Shown: positions 30,920-42,930 of the stretch, in pieces
Layout of the letters: each line of letters opens with the position of its first letter
Position numbering within the stretch: position 1 is the stretch's first letter
Assembly: GCF_000027125.1 (NCBI RefSeq)
Contig: NC_017626.1
DNA length: 64,000 nt
Direction: 5' to 3' (one strand)
From: Escherichia coli 042
Lineage (GTDB): Bacteria > Pseudomonadota > Gammaproteobacteria > Enterobacterales > Enterobacteriaceae
The notes under the pieces: generated by a model
What the model was told of the DNA's origin: nothing
Database searches by the model: none
The model's input: only the letters and a program-made list of their open reading frames with translations
Translations under genes and position numbers: made by a program

Positions 30920-33028
30920 TTGTATCTGTTTGAAAGCCTGAATCAACTGATTCAAACCTACCTGCCGGAAGACCAAATCAAGCGTCTGCGGCAGGCGTAT
31001 CTCGTTGCACGTGATGCTCACGAGGGGCAAACACGTTCAAGCGGTGAACCCTATATCACGCACCCGGTGGCGGTTGCCTGCATTCTGGCCGAGATGAAAC
31101 TCGACTATGAAACGCTAATGGCGGCACTGCTGCATGACGTGATTGAAGATACTCCCGCCACCTACCAGGACATGGAACAGCTTTTTGGTAAAAGCGTCGC
31201 CGAGCTGGTAGAGGGGGTGTCGAAACTTGATAAGCTCAAGTTCCGCGATAAGAAAGAGGCGCAGGCCGAAAACTTTCGCAAGATGATTATGGCGATGGTG
31301 CAGGATATCCGCGTCATTCTCATCAAACTTGCCGACCGTACCCACAACATGCGCACACTGGGCTCACTTCGCCCGGACAAACGTCGCCGCATCGCCCGTG
31401 AAACACTCGAAATTTACAGCCCGCTGGCGCACCGTTTAGGTATCCACCACATTAAAACCGAACTCGAAGAGCTGGGTTTTGAGGCGCTGTATCCCAACCG
31501 TTATCGCGTAATCAAAGAAGTGGTGAAAGCCGCGCGCGGCAACCGTAAAGAGATGATCCAGAAGATTCTTTCTGAAATCGAAGGGCGTTTGCAGGAAGCG
31601 GGAATACCGTGCCGCGTCAGTGGTCGCGAAAAGCATCTTTATTCGATCTACTGCAAAATGGTGCTCAAAGAGCAGCGTTTTCACTCAATCATGGACATCT
31701 ACGCCTTCCGCGTGATCGTCAATGATTCCGACACCTGTTATCGCGTGCTCGGGCAAATGCATAGCCTGTACAAGCCGCGTCCGGGTCGCGTGAAAGACTA
31801 CATCGCCATTCCAAAAGCGAACGGCTATCAGTCTTTGCACACCTCGATGATTGGCCCGCACGGCGTGCCGGTTGAGGTCCAGATCCGTACCGAAGATATG
31901 GATCAGATGGCAGAGATGGGTGTTGCCGCGCACTGGGCTTATAAAGAGCACGGCGAAACCAGTACTACCGCACAAATCCGCGCCCAGCGCTGGATGCAAA
32001 GCCTGCTGGAGCTGCAACAGAGTGCCGGTAGCTCGTTTGAATTTATCGAGAGCGTTAAATCCGATCTCTTCCCGGATGAAATTTACGTTTTCACACCGGA
32101 AGGGCGCATTGTAGAGCTGCCTGCCGGTGCAACGCCCGTCGACTTCGCTTATGCGGTGCATACCGATATCGGTCATGCCTGCGTGGGCGCACGCGTCGAC
32201 CGCCAGCCTTACCCGCTGTCGCAGCCGCTTACCAGCGGTCAAACCGTTGAAATTATTACCGCACCTGGCGCTCGCCCGAATGCCGCGTGGCTGAACTTTG
32301 TCGTTAGCTCGAAAGCGCGCGCCAAAATTCGTCAATTGCTGAAAAACCTCAAGCGTGATGATTCTGTAAGCCTGGGCCGTCGTCTGCTCAACCATGCGTT
32401 GGGTGGCAGCCGCAAGCTCAATGAAATCCCGCAGGAAAATATTCAGCGCGAGCTGGACCGCATGAAGCTGGCAACGCTTGACGATCTGCTGGCTGAAATC
32501 GGACTTGGTAACGCAATGAGCGTGGTGGTCGCGAAAAATTTGCAACATGGGGACGCCTCCATTCCACCGGCAACCCAAAGTCACGGACATCTGCCCATTA
32601 AAGGTGCTGATGGCGTGCTGATCACCTTTGCGAAATGCTGCCGCCCTATTCCTGGCGACCCGATTATCGCCCACGTCAGCCCCGGTAAAGGTCTGGTGAT
32701 CCACCATGAATCCTGCCGTAACATCCGTGGCTACCAGAAAGAGCCAGAGAAGTTTATGGCTGTGGAATGGGATAAAGAGACGGCGCAGGAGTTCATCACC
32801 GAAATCAAGGTGGAGATGTTCAATCATCAGGGTGCGCTGGCAAACCTGACGGCGGCAATTAACACCACGACCTCGAATATTCAAAGTTTGAATACGGAAG
32901 AGAAAGATGGTCGCGTCTACAGCGCCTTTATTCGTCTGACCGCCCGTGATCGTGTGCATCTGGCGAATATCATGCGCAAAATCCGCGTGATGCCAGACGT
33001 GATTAAAGTCACCCGAAACCGAAATTAA
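30920..33028 (+). CDS. spoT: Bifunctional (p)ppGpp synthetase/hydrolase SpoT
   Basis: 702 aa; TTG start as given by the ORF track; HD domain (HDVIEDT), RelA/SpoT synthetase and TGS/ACT regions. Confidence 0.9.
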   Translation: MYLFESLNQLIQTYLPEDQIKRLRQAYLVARDAHEGQTRSSGEPYITHPVAVACILAEMKLDYETLMAALLHDVIEDTPATYQDMEQLFGKSVAELVEGVSKLDKLKFRDKKEAQAENFRKMIMAMVQDIRVILIKLADRTHNMRTLGSLRPDKRRRIARETLEIYSPLAHRLGIHHIKTELEELGFEALYPNRYRVIKEVVKAARGNRKEMIQKILSEIEGRLQEAGIPCRVSGREKHLYSIYCKMVLKEQRFHSIMDIYAFRVIVNDSDTCYRVLGQMHSLYKPRPGRVKDYIAIPKANGYQSLHTSMIGPHGVPVEVQIRTEDMDQMAEMGVAAHWAYKEHGETSTTAQIRAQRWMQSLLELQQSAGSSFEFIESVKSDLFPDEIYVFTPEGRIVELPAGATPVDFAYAVHTDIGHACVGARVDRQPYPLSQPLTSGQTVEIITAPGARPNAAWLNFVVSSKARAKIRQLLKNLKRDDSVSLGRRLLNHALGGSRKLNEIPQENIQRELDRMKLATLDDLLAEIGLGNAMSVVVAKNLQHGDASIPPATQSHGHLPIKGADGVLITFAKCCRPIPGDPIIAHVSPGKGLVIHHESCRNIRGYQKEPEKFMAVEWDKETAQEFITEIKVEMFNHQGALANLTAAINTTTSNIQSLNTEEKDGRVYSAFIRLTARDRVHLANIMRKIRVMPDVIKVTRNRN

Positions 33029-33034
33029 TGTTTT

Positions 33035-33724
33035 ATGAACCCAACACGTTATGCACGTATCTGCGAAATGCTCGCCAGGCGGCAGCCTGATCTGACCGTC
33101 TGCATGGAGCAGGTCCACAAACCTCATAACGTTTCTGCGATTATTCGTACCGCAGATGCCGTTGGTGTACATGAAGTTCATGCTGTCTGGCCTGGTAGCC
33201 GGATGCGCACCATGGCTTCGGCAGCTGCGGGTAGTAACAGCTGGGTACAGGTGAAAACGCACCGCACCATTGGCGATGCCGTCGCTCATCTGAAAGGCCA
33301 GGGCATGCAGATTCTGGCAACCCATCTTTCTGATAACGCTGTCGATTTCCGCGAAATTGATTACACTCGCCCGACCTGTATTTTGATGGGACAGGAGAAA
33401 ACAGGCATCACGCAGGAAGCGTTGGCCCTGGCGGATCGGGACATCATCATTCCGATGATTGGCATGGTGCAATCGCTGAATGTTTCCGTTGCCTCAGCCC
33501 TCATTCTTTACGAAGCCCAGCGCCAGCGGCAAAATGCGGGCATGTACCTGCGTGAAAACAGCATGTTGCCGGAAGCAGAGCAACAACGCCTGCTGTTTGA
33601 AGGCGGCTATCCGGTGCTGGCGAAAGTCGCAAAACGCAAAGGCCTGCCTTACCCCCACGTCAATCAGCAGGGCGAAATTGAAGCCGATGCCGACTGGTGG
33701 GCCACTATGCAAGCTGCAGGGTAA
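33035..33724 (+). CDS. trmH: tRNA (Gm18) 2'-O-methyltransferase
   Basis: 229 aa MNPTRYARICEMLARRQPDLTVCMEQVHKPHNVSAIIRTADAVGV (SpoU fold). Confidence 0.9.
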   Translation: MNPTRYARICEMLARRQPDLTVCMEQVHKPHNVSAIIRTADAVGVHEVHAVWPGSRMRTMASAAAGSNSWVQVKTHRTIGDAVAHLKGQGMQILATHLSDNAVDFREIDYTRPTCILMGQEKTGITQEALALADRDIIIPMIGMVQSLNVSVASALILYEAQRQRQNAGMYLRENSMLPEAEQQRLLFEGGYPVLAKVAKRKGLPYPHVNQQGEIEADADWWATMQAAG

Positions 33725-33729
33725 GTACC

Positions 33730-35811
33730 ATGAAAGGTCGCCTGTTAGATGCTGTCCCGCTCAGTTCCCTAACGGGCGTTGGTGCAGCGCTTAGTAACAA
33801 GCTGGCGAAAATCAACCTGCATACCGTGCAGGATCTACTCTTACACCTTCCCCTGCGCTACGAAGATCGCACCCATCTCTACCCCATCGGAGAACTACTA
33901 CCGGGCGTTTATGCCACGGTAGAAGGCGAAGTACTGAATTGCAATATCTCCTTCGGCGGTCGGCGGATGATGACCTGCCAGATCAGCGACGGTTCCGGCA
34001 TTCTCACCATGCGCTTTTTCAACTTCAACGCGGCAATGAAAAATAGCCTGGCGACGGGCCGCCGTGTACTGGCTTATGGCGAAGCAAAGCGCGGTAAATA
34101 TGGTGCGGAGATGATCCACCCGGAATACCGCGTGCAGGGCGATCTCAGCACGCCAGAATTACAGGAAACGCTCACGCCGGTTTACCCAACTACGGAAGGC
34201 GTAAAGCAGGCCACGCTGCGTAAATTAACCGATCAGGCGCTGGATCTGCTCGACACCTGCGCCATTGAAGAACTCCTGCCGCCGGAACTGTCACAAGGAA
34301 TGATGACGCTACCGGAAGCGTTGCGCACTTTGCACCGCCCGCCGCCGACGCTACAGCTTAGCGATCTCGAAACCGGGCAGCATCCAGCACAACGCCGTCT
34401 GATTCTGGAAGAACTGCTTGCGCACAACCTCAGCATGTTGGCGTTACGCGCTGGTGCACAACGTTTCCATGCCCAGCCGCTTAGCGCCAATGACGCGCTG
34501 AAAAATAAACTCCTCGCAGCCTTACCGTTCAAGCCAACGGGCGCACAGGCACGCGTGGTGGCGGAGATCGAGCGCGATATGGCGCTGGATGCGCCGATGA
34601 TGCGCCTGGTACAGGGCGATGTAGGTTCCGGTAAAACGCTGGTCGCTGCCCTCGCCGCGCTGCGTGCGATTGCCCACGGCAAACAGGTGGCATTGATGGC
34701 ACCAACCGAATTACTCGCCGAACAGCACGCCAATAACTTCCGCAACTGGTTTGCACCGCTCGGTATCGAAGTGGGCTGGCTCGCCGGTAAACAGAAAGGT
34801 AAAGCACGGCTGGCACAGCAGGAAGCCATCGCCAGCGGTCAGGTGCAGATGATTGTCGGAACACACGCCATCTTCCAGGAACAGGTGCAGTTTAACGGCC
34901 TGGCGCTGGTGATTATCGACGAACAGCATCGTTTTGGCGTGCATCAGCGTCTGGCGTTATGGGAGAAAGGCCAGCAGCAGGGCTTCCATCCGCATCAGTT
35001 GATCATGACCGCGACGCCGATCCCCCGCACGCTGGCGATGACCGCGTATGCCGATCTCGATACCTCGGTGATAGATGAGCTGCCGCCAGGCCGCACGCCA
35101 GTGACGACAGTGGCAATCCCGGATACGCGTCGTAACGACATTATCGACCGCGTGCGCCACGCCTGTATGACTGAAGGGCGTCAGGCGTACTGGGTGTGCA
35201 CACTCATTGAAGAGTCAGAGTTACTGGAAGCGCAGGCGGCGGAAGCTACCTGGGAAGAGTTGAAACTGGCGCTACCAGAGTTGAATGTTGGTCTGGTACA
35301 CGGACGGATGAAACCAGCCGAGAAGCAGGCCGTCATGGCATCATTTAAACAAGGCGAGTTACACCTGCTGGTTGCCACTACCGTTATTGAAGTCGGCGTT
35401 GATGTGCCTAACGCCAGCCTGATGATTATCGAAAACCCGGAGCGTCTGGGTCTGGCGCAGTTGCACCAGCTTCGCGGGCGTGTAGGTCGTGGTGCGGTGG
35501 CTTCTCACTGCGTGTTGCTCTACAAAACACCGCTCTCTAAAACGGCGCAAATTCGCCTGCAGGTACTGCGCGACAGCAACGACGGTTTTGTGATTGCACA
35601 GAAAGACTTAGAGATTCGCGGACCGGGTGAACTGTTAGGTACGCGTCAGACGGGTAATGCTGAGTTTAAAGTGGCGGATTTACTGCGCGATCAGGCGATG
35701 ATCCCGGAAGTTCAGCGCCTGGCGCGACATATTCACGAACGTTACCCACAACAGGCAAAAGCCCTGATAGAACGCTGGATGCCGGAGACGGAACGTTACT
35801 CGAATGCGTAA
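33730..35811 (+). CDS. recG: ATP-dependent DNA helicase RecG
   Basis: ORF 33697..35811; start placed at MKGRLLDAVPLSSLTGVG; Walker A GDVGSGKT, DEQH box. Confidence 0.9.
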   Translation: MKGRLLDAVPLSSLTGVGAALSNKLAKINLHTVQDLLLHLPLRYEDRTHLYPIGELLPGVYATVEGEVLNCNISFGGRRMMTCQISDGSGILTMRFFNFNAAMKNSLATGRRVLAYGEAKRGKYGAEMIHPEYRVQGDLSTPELQETLTPVYPTTEGVKQATLRKLTDQALDLLDTCAIEELLPPELSQGMMTLPEALRTLHRPPPTLQLSDLETGQHPAQRRLILEELLAHNLSMLALRAGAQRFHAQPLSANDALKNKLLAALPFKPTGAQARVVAEIERDMALDAPMMRLVQGDVGSGKTLVAALAALRAIAHGKQVALMAPTELLAEQHANNFRNWFAPLGIEVGWLAGKQKGKARLAQQEAIASGQVQMIVGTHAIFQEQVQFNGLALVIIDEQHRFGVHQRLALWEKGQQQGFHPHQLIMTATPIPRTLAMTAYADLDTSVIDELPPGRTPVTTVAIPDTRRNDIIDRVRHACMTEGRQAYWVCTLIEESELLEAQAAEATWEELKLALPELNVGLVHGRMKPAEKQAVMASFKQGELHLLVATTVIEVGVDVPNASLMIIENPERLGLAQLHQLRGRVGRGAVASHCVLLYKTPLSKTAQIRLQVLRDSNDGFVIAQKDLEIRGPGELLGTRQTGNAEFKVADLLRDQAMIPEVQRLARHIHERYPQQAKALIERWMPETERYSNA

Positions 35812-35840
35812 AAGGCGGCGGTGAGAAGACCGCCGCTTCA
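35812..35840. terminator. Hairpin between convergent recG and gltS
   Basis: ggcggcgg-tgagaaga-ccgccgc directly after the recG stop. Confidence 0.5.
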
Positions 35841-35844
35841 TCGG

Positions 35845-37050
35845 TTAACCGGCAAAAATCGGCAACATTAAATACAGCTTAATCACCAGCGCGTTAACGA
35901 TATCAATAAAGAACGCACCGACCATCGGCACTACCAGGAACGCCATGTGCGACGGGCCAAAACGTTCAGTGATCGCCTGCATGTTGGCGATTGCCGTTGG
36001 CGTTGCACCGAGGCCAAAACCACAATGACCCGCAGCCAGCACTGCCGCATCGTAGTTTTTGCCCATCATGCGCCAGGTAACGAAGATGGCATACAACGCC
36101 ATGAAGATGGTCTGTACCACCAGAATCGCCAGCATCGGCAGCGCCAGCGAAGCCAGCTCCCATAGTTTCAGCCCCATCAGCGCCATCGCCAGGAACAACG
36201 ACAGGCTTACGTTACCAAGCACGGATACCGCACGCTCAAAGACGCGGTAAAAGCCCATCATTGACAGACCGTTGCTCAGAATCACGCCAACAAACAGTAC
36301 ACAGACGAAGGTCGGCAGTTCAAAAGCAGTGCCAGCCAAAAGTTGCGCAACAATTTTCCCCACCGTCAGGCAGATAGCAATCAGCGCGATAGTTTCAATC
36401 AGCACCAGCGAGGTGATCATGCGGCCCACATCCGGCTTTTCGAACGCCGTCGGGACTTCCTGGTCATCCGGAATACCGTTCGGCGTGGTGGAGTGTTTCA
36501 CCAGATAGCGCGCTACCGGACCGCCAATCAAGCCGCCCAGCACCAGACCAAACGTCGCACAGGCCATCGCCACTTCCGTCGCATTGGTGAAGCCATAACG
36601 TTCAATGAACAATTTACTCCATGCTGCTCCCGTACCGTGACCGCCGGAAAGCGTAATAGAACCGGCCAGCAGCCCCATCAGCGGATCAAGCCCTAACAGG
36701 CTAGCCATACCAATGCCAATGGCATTTTGCATCACCAACAGACCAACAACCACAATCAAGAAGATGCCAACCACACGCCCACCGGCACGCAAACTGGCAA
36801 TGTTGGCGTTCAGGCCAATGGTGGCGAAGAATGCCAGCATTAACGGATCGCGCAGGGACATATCAAAGTTGACTTCCCAGCCCATGCTTTTTTTCAGTAC
36901 CAGTAGCGCCAGCGCCACCAACAAACCACCCGCAACTGGTTCCGGTATGGTGTATTTCTTCAAAAAGGAGACGGAATGGACCAACTTACGCCCGAGCAGC
37001 AACGTCAGCGTTGCGGCAACAAGCGTTGCTAAAGTATCGAGATGAAACAT
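35845..37050 (-). CDS. gltS: Sodium/glutamate symporter
   Basis: 401 aa polytopic membrane protein MFHLDTLATLVAATLTLLLG; synteny. Confidence 0.9.
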   Translation of the reverse strand: MFHLDTLATLVAATLTLLLGRKLVHSVSFLKKYTIPEPVAGGLLVALALLVLKKSMGWEVNFDMSLRDPLMLAFFATIGLNANIASLRAGGRVVGIFLIVVVGLLVMQNAIGIGMASLLGLDPLMGLLAGSITLSGGHGTGAAWSKLFIERYGFTNATEVAMACATFGLVLGGLIGGPVARYLVKHSTTPNGIPDDQEVPTAFEKPDVGRMITSLVLIETIALIAICLTVGKIVAQLLAGTAFELPTFVCVLFVGVILSNGLSMMGFYRVFERAVSVLGNVSLSLFLAMALMGLKLWELASLALPMLAILVVQTIFMALYAIFVTWRMMGKNYDAAVLAAGHCGFGLGATPTAIANMQAITERFGPSHMAFLVVPMVGAFFIDIVNALVIKLYLMLPIFAG

Positions 37051-37328
37051 AGTTACTCCTTTGTATCCGCATCACTCTTTCATACTCGTCATACTTCATC
37101 GCGCAGTGGCAACTTATGAACTATGACGGGTATCGAGTTATGCTTTCCTGGGTCAAATTCTCAGCTGTTAATGAACAAATGGCATGGATTTTAAGCAGAA
37201 AAATACCAAAAGTTATATAAAAAAGTGCATTTATCTCATTTAAATATTTAGATGAGGATGTGGCAAACGTTTGCTTTTATCTTTCGGTCAGCTAAAATGC
37301 CCGCTTTGCTACCACGGGATTGTTTTCG

Positions 37329-38720
37329 ATGTCTGTTTCCACCCTCGAGTCAGAAAATGCGCAACCGGTTGCGCAGACTCAAAACAGCGAACTGATTTAC
37401 CGTCTTGAAGATCGTCCGCCGCTTCCTCAAACTCTGTTTGCCGCCTGTCAGCATCTGCTGGCGATGTTCGTTGCGGTGATCACGCCAGCGCTATTAATCT
37501 GCCAGGCGCTGGGTTTACCGGCACAAGACACGCAACACATTATTAGTATGTCGCTGTTTGCCTCCGGTGTGGCATCGATTATTCAAATTAAGGCCTGGGG
37601 TCCGGTTGGCTCCGGGCTGTTGTCTATTCAGGGCACCAGCTTCAACTTTGTTGCCCCGCTGATTATGGGCGGTACCGCGCTGAAAACCGGTGGTGCTGAT
37701 GTTCCTACCATGATGGCGGCTTTGTTCGGCACGTTGATGCTGGCAAGTTGCACCGAGATGGTGATCTCCCGTGTTCTGCATCTGGCGCGCCGCATTATTA
37801 CGCCGCTGGTTTCTGGCGTTGTGGTGATGATTATCGGCCTGTCGCTAATTCAGGTGGGGCTAACATCCATTGGCGGCGGTTACGCAGCCATGAGCGATAA
37901 CACCTTCGGCGCACCGAAAAATCTGTTGCTGGCAGGCGTGGTCTTAGCCTTAATTATCCTGCTTAACCGTCAACGTAACCCATATTTGCGCGTGGCCTCA
38001 CTGGTGATTGCGATGGCGGCCGGATATGCGCTGGCGTGGTTTATGGGCATGTTGCCAGAAAGCAACGAACCGATGACGCAAGAACTGATTATGGTACCAA
38101 CGCCGCTCTATTACGGCCTTGGCATTGAATGGAGTCTGCTGCTGCCGCTGATGCTGGTCTTTATGATCACTTCGCTGGAAACCATTGGCGATATCACGGC
38201 GACCTCTGACGTTTCCGAACAGCCAGTGTCCGGTCCGCTGTACATGAAACGCCTGAAAGGCGGCGTGCTGGCAAACGGCCTGAACTCGTTTGTTTCGGCG
38301 GTATTTAACACCTTCCCGAACTCCTGCTTCGGGCAGAACAACGGTGTGATCCAGTTGACCGGTGTTGCCAGCCGCTATGTCGGTTTTGTCGTCGCGCTGA
38401 TGTTGATCGTGCTGGGTCTCTTCCCGGCGGTGAGCGGTTTTGTACAACATATTCCAGAACCGGTTCTGGGCGGCGCAACGCTTGTAATGTTTGGCACCAT
38501 CGCCGCCTCCGGTGTGCGCATTGTGTCTCGTGAGCCGCTGAACCGTCGGGCGATTCTGATTATCGCGCTGTCGCTGGCGGTCGGTCTGGGCGTGTCTCAG
38601 CAGCCGCTGATTTTGCAGTTTGCCCCTGAATGGCTGAAAAACCTGCTCTCCTCCGGGATCGCCGCGGGCGGTATTACTGCCATCGTGCTGAATCTGATTT
38701 TCCCACCAGAAAAACAGTAA
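37329..38720 (+). CDS. xanP: Xanthine permease (NCS2 family)
   Basis: ORF 37320..38720; start placed at [18 protein letters not shown]; polytopic. Confidence 0.85.
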
Positions 38721-38840
38721 TTCACTGGCGGCGGTAAGATAATTACCGCCGCAGTCTCACCTCTTTCACCATTCCCGCCTTGAGGATTGCGCGTAAATCG
38801 TGCATAACTCCCTTATGTGCATTTCACGGGATGGAAGACC

Positions 38841-40550
38841 ATGAAATTTATTGGGAAGCTGCTTCTCTACATTCTCATCGCTCTGTTAGTGGTGATCGCT
38901 GGCCTCTATTTTCTTCTGCAAACCCGCTGGGGAGCAGAACATATCAGCGCATGGGTTTCCGAAAATAGTGACTATCATCTGGCCTTCGGGGCGATGGATC
39001 ACCGTTTTTCCGCGCCATCTCATATCGTGCTGGAGAACGTCACGTTTGGTCGTGATGGTCAGCCCGCGACCCTGGTGGCCAAAAGTGTCGACATTGCGCT
39101 AAGCAGTCGCCAACTGACCGAACCACGCCATGTCGATACCATCCTGCTGGAAAACGGGACGCTGAATCTCACCGACCAGACCGCGCCGCTACCGTTCAAA
39201 GCCGATCGTCTGCAACTGCGTGATATGGCGTTTAATAGCCCGAATAGCGAATGGAAACTGAGCGCGCAGCGGGTAAATGGCGGCGTGGTTCCGTGGTCAC
39301 CAGAAGCCGGTAAAGTGCTGGGTACGAAGGCGCAGATTCAGTTTAGTGCCGGATCGCTTTCGCTCAATGATGTTCCTGCCACCAATGTACTGATTGAAGG
39401 CAGTATTGATAACGATCGCGTTACGCTGACTAACCTGGGTGCCGACATCGCCCGCGGGACATTAACCGGAAACGCGCAGCGTAACGCCGACGGCAGCTGG
39501 CAAGTGGAAAATCTGCGCATGGCGGATATCCGTCTACAAAGCGAAAAATCGCTAACCGACTTCTTTGCGCCATTACTCTCTGTCCCGTCGTTGCAGATTG
39601 GTCGCCTGGAAGTCATCGACGCTCGCCTGCAAGGTCCGGACTGGGCGGTGACCGACCTCGATCTCAGCTTGCGCAACATGACCTTCAGTAAAGATGACTG
39701 GCAGACACAGGAAGGCAAACTGTCGATGAACGCTAGCGAGTTCATTTATGGTTCGCTGCATTTATTTGACCCGATTATAAACGCGGAATTTTCCCCGCAG
39801 GGCGTAGCGCTGCGCCAGTTCACCAGCCGCTGGGAAGGGGGCATGGTCAGAACGTCCGGAAACTGGCTGCGCAACGGGAAAACGTTGATCCTTGATGATG
39901 CGGCAATTGCCGGACTGGAATATACCTTGCCAAAAAACTGGCAACAGTTGTGGATGGAAACGACACCGGGTTGGTTAAACAGCCTGCAACTGAAGAGATT
40001 TAGCGCCAGCCGCAATCTGATCATTGATATCGACCCTGACTTCCCGTGGCAGCTCACCGCGCTCGATGGTTACGGTGCCAACCTGACGCTGGTTACCGAT
40101 CATAAATGGGGCGTCTGGAGTGGTTCGGCGAATCTGAATGCCGCCGCCGCGACATTCAATCGTGTTGATGTTCGTCGCCCATCGCTGGCGCTGACCGCCA
40201 ACAGCAGCACGGTGAATATCAGCGAACTGAGTGCATTTACTGAAAAAGGCATTCTGGAAGCCACCGCCAGTGTTTCACAAACGCCACAACGTCAGACCCA
40301 TATCAGCCTGAATGGACGCGGTGTGCCGGTGAATATTTTGCAACAGTGGGGATGGCCTGAATTACCGTTGACTGGCGACGGCAATATTCAGCTTACCGCC
40401 AGCGGCGATATTCAGGCCAATATCCCGCTGAAACCTACGGTTAGCGGGCAACTCCATGCCGTGAACGCCGCAAAGCAGCAAGTGACTCAAACCATGAATG
40501 CGGGCGTCGTTTCCAGTGGTGAAGTTACGTCGACGGAGCCGGTGCAGTAA
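38841..40550 (+). CDS. yicH: AsmA-family protein YicH
   Basis: ORF 38817..40550; start placed at MKFIGKLLLYILIALLVVIAGLYF (N-terminal membrane anchor). Confidence 0.85.
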   Translation: MKFIGKLLLYILIALLVVIAGLYFLLQTRWGAEHISAWVSENSDYHLAFGAMDHRFSAPSHIVLENVTFGRDGQPATLVAKSVDIALSSRQLTEPRHVDTILLENGTLNLTDQTAPLPFKADRLQLRDMAFNSPNSEWKLSAQRVNGGVVPWSPEAGKVLGTKAQIQFSAGSLSLNDVPATNVLIEGSIDNDRVTLTNLGADIARGTLTGNAQRNADGSWQVENLRMADIRLQSEKSLTDFFAPLLSVPSLQIGRLEVIDARLQGPDWAVTDLDLSLRNMTFSKDDWQTQEGKLSMNASEFIYGSLHLFDPIINAEFSPQGVALRQFTSRWEGGMVRTSGNWLRNGKTLILDDAAIAGLEYTLPKNWQQLWMETTPGWLNSLQLKRFSASRNLIIDIDPDFPWQLTALDGYGANLTLVTDHKWGVWSGSANLNAAAATFNRVDVRRPSLALTANSSTVNISELSAFTEKGILEATASVSQTPQRQTHISLNGRGVPVNILQQWGWPELPLTGDGNIQLTASGDIQANIPLKPTVSGQLHAVNAAKQQVTQTMNAGVVSSGEVTSTEPVQ

Positions 40551-40602
40551 AAATCAATCTCGCCGGGTACGACTCAGACGTACCCGGCATTCCGTCAATA
40601 GA

Positions 40603-42921
40603 TTACAACGTAATTGTCAGCGCATTCCCTTGAGGCGTCACCACCAGCCCCTGCTCACTTTCAGCCTGCGAACCGCCTTGCAGACCATTTACTTTCACAA
40701 CATTGCGCAAGCACAGTGTCCAGTTCTTCGCCTCGCCCGCACCAGTCACAGTAATCGTGTTACCAGTACGTGTTGCTTTTAGAGTAAAGATCACCGAACC
40801 GTCAGCAGCGGGCACTTCACAAAGAGCTTCATGCCCGTCTTGCAGATTAAAGAGATGGAATGCCGTGCCTTCGTGCCACGCGTAATCGGGACGTTGCTCG
40901 TTGTTGCCCAGCGCCAGTAGGGTGTTATCACGCACATAAACGGGCAGACTCAGGAAGCTGTGCTGCTGTTTATGCCAGCGACTACCATCGAGTTCATCGT
41001 TGTGCCACAGATGTGTCCAGCGACCTTCCGGCAAGTAGAACTGCACATCGCCCGCTTCAGTGAACACCGGAGCAACCATCACGTTGTCGCCTAACATGTA
41101 TTGACGGTCAAGGTAATCACAAGCCGGATCGTCCGGGAACTCCATCATCATGGCCCGCATCATCGGCGTACCCCGCGCGTTCGCACGAGCAGCTTCACGA
41201 TACAGATACGGCATCATGCGGCATTTCAGTTGCGTGAAGAAGCGCACCACATCACAGGACTCATCATCATAGGCCCACGGCACACGATAAGATTTGCTGC
41301 CATGTAAACGGCTATGGCTGGAGAGCAAACCAAACGCGCACCAGCGTTTGTAAACGTGCGCCGGAGCGGTATTCTCAAAGCCGCCGATATCGTGGCTCCA
41401 GAAGCCAAAACCTGAAAGGCCAATAGACAAACCACCGCGCAGGCTTTCCGCCATTGATTCGTAGTTAGCGTAACAGTCGCCACCCCAGTGTACCGGGAAT
41501 TTCTGCGCACCAACGGAGGCCGAGCGAGCAAACAAGACGGCTTCTTCCTGGCCAACGGTTTCCTTGAGCACGTTCCACACCAGTTCGTTGTAGATGTACG
41601 CATAATGGTTATGCATTTTCTGCGGATCGGAACCGTCAAACCATTGAACATCGGTTGGAATACGTTCGCCAAAGTCAGTCTTAAAGCAATCAACGCCCAT
41701 CGCGACCAGACCTTTCAGTTTGTCGGCGTACCATTTGCAGGCATCCGGATTGGTAAAGTCATAAATCGCCAGACCTGGCTGCCATTTATCCCACTGCCAC
41801 AGCGAACCGTCCGGGCGTTTGAGTAAATAGCCTTTCTCTTGTAACTCTTTAAAGACAGGGGATTTTTGCCCGATATAGGGGTTAATCCAGACGCAGATTT
41901 TCAGCCCTTTCGCTTTCAGGCGGCGGATCATCCCTTCCGGGTCCGGGAAAGTCAGCGGGTCCCACTCAAAATCGCACCACTGGAAGGCTTTCATCCAGAA
42001 ACAGTCAAAGTGGAAAACATGCAGTGGCAGATTGCGTTCCGCCATACCATCGATAAAGCTGTTTACCGTCGCTTCGTCGTAGTTGGTGGTAAATGAAGTG
42101 GTTAGCCACAGACCGAAGGACCACGCGGGCGGCAGCGCCGGACGACCAGTAAAACGGGTATAACGATCAAGTACCGCTTTCGGCGTCGGGCCGTCGATAA
42201 CAAAGTATTCGAGATATTCACTCTCAACGCTGAACTGCACTTTGGAGACTTTCTCCGCTCCCACTTCAAAAGAGACGCATTGAGGATGATTGACCAGTAC
42301 CCCATAACCACGGTTAGTCATATAGAACGGGATATTTTTATACGCCTGTTCAGTACTTGTGCCGCCGTCCCGGTTCCAGGTCTCTACCGTCTGGCCATTG
42401 CGCACCAGGGCAGTAAAGCGCTCACCCAGACCGTAAACTGTTTCGCCAACGCCAAGATCCAGCCGCTCAAACATATAATTTCGTTGATTATTCGTGTCCT
42501 GCACGTAGCCATTATTTTTCACCTGACTACCGGTAATACGTTCGCCGTTGCGCAGAAAATCCAGTGACCAGAACTCACCTTTGCTGACACGCGCGCTTAA
42601 GTTGCCACTTTTAAACTCAGCGTAACGTTCTGTGTTTTCGATTGTGACCTTCACGTCCTGCAAAATATTGAGCGGATAATGAGGACCGTTATTCAGCGCC
42701 CCCTGAAAATGCTCAATCCGTACACCGACAATACCTTCCTGTGGGGAGAAAAAGCGCAGCGTAAATAAAGGCGTATCAAGCTGCCAGGTTCGTTCACGCA
42801 CATCACGGGGGGCAGCATAGACCACCATTTCATTACCCTGCTGTTCAACCTCGAACACCTGAAGCGGGTGAATCAAATTGAGGCCAGGTTGAATCAACCA
42901 GTTTCCATCGCTAATTTTCAT
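40603..42921 (-). CDS. yicI: Alpha-xylosidase (GH31)
   Basis: 772 aa; GH31 catalytic region including WIDMNE-like and KTDFGE motifs. Confidence 0.9.
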   Translation of the reverse strand: MKISDGNWLIQPGLNLIHPLQVFEVEQQGNEMVVYAAPRDVRERTWQLDTPLFTLRFFSPQEGIVGVRIEHFQGALNNGPHYPLNILQDVKVTIENTERYAEFKSGNLSARVSKGEFWSLDFLRNGERITGSQVKNNGYVQDTNNQRNYMFERLDLGVGETVYGLGERFTALVRNGQTVETWNRDGGTSTEQAYKNIPFYMTNRGYGVLVNHPQCVSFEVGAEKVSKVQFSVESEYLEYFVIDGPTPKAVLDRYTRFTGRPALPPAWSFGLWLTTSFTTNYDEATVNSFIDGMAERNLPLHVFHFDCFWMKAFQWCDFEWDPLTFPDPEGMIRRLKAKGLKICVWINPYIGQKSPVFKELQEKGYLLKRPDGSLWQWDKWQPGLAIYDFTNPDACKWYADKLKGLVAMGVDCFKTDFGERIPTDVQWFDGSDPQKMHNHYAYIYNELVWNVLKETVGQEEAVLFARSASVGAQKFPVHWGGDCYANYESMAESLRGGLSIGLSGFGFWSHDIGGFENTAPAHVYKRWCAFGLLSSHSRLHGSKSYRVPWAYDDESCDVVRFFTQLKCRMMPYLYREAARANARGTPMMRAMMMEFPDDPACDYLDRQYMLGDNVMVAPVFTEAGDVQFYLPEGRWTHLWHNDELDGSRWHKQQHSFLSLPVYVRDNTLLALGNNEQRPDYAWHEGTAFHLFNLQDGHEALCEVPAADGSVIFTLKATRTGNTITVTGAGEAKNWTLCLRNVVKVNGLQGGSQAESEQGLVVTPQGNALTITL

Positions 42922-42930
42922 TGCCGTTCC

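Noticed and set aside
31685-33472. 595-aa minus-strand ORF
   Set aside because: Lies entirely antisense to spoT, which has clear conserved domains; long antisense ORFs are common in GC-rich genes, and no RBS or known family supports it
34233-34864. Two overlapping minus-strand ORFs (198 and 111 aa) rich in Arg/Ala/Ser
   Set aside because: Antisense to recG; composition is typical of spurious frames in GC-rich coding sequence
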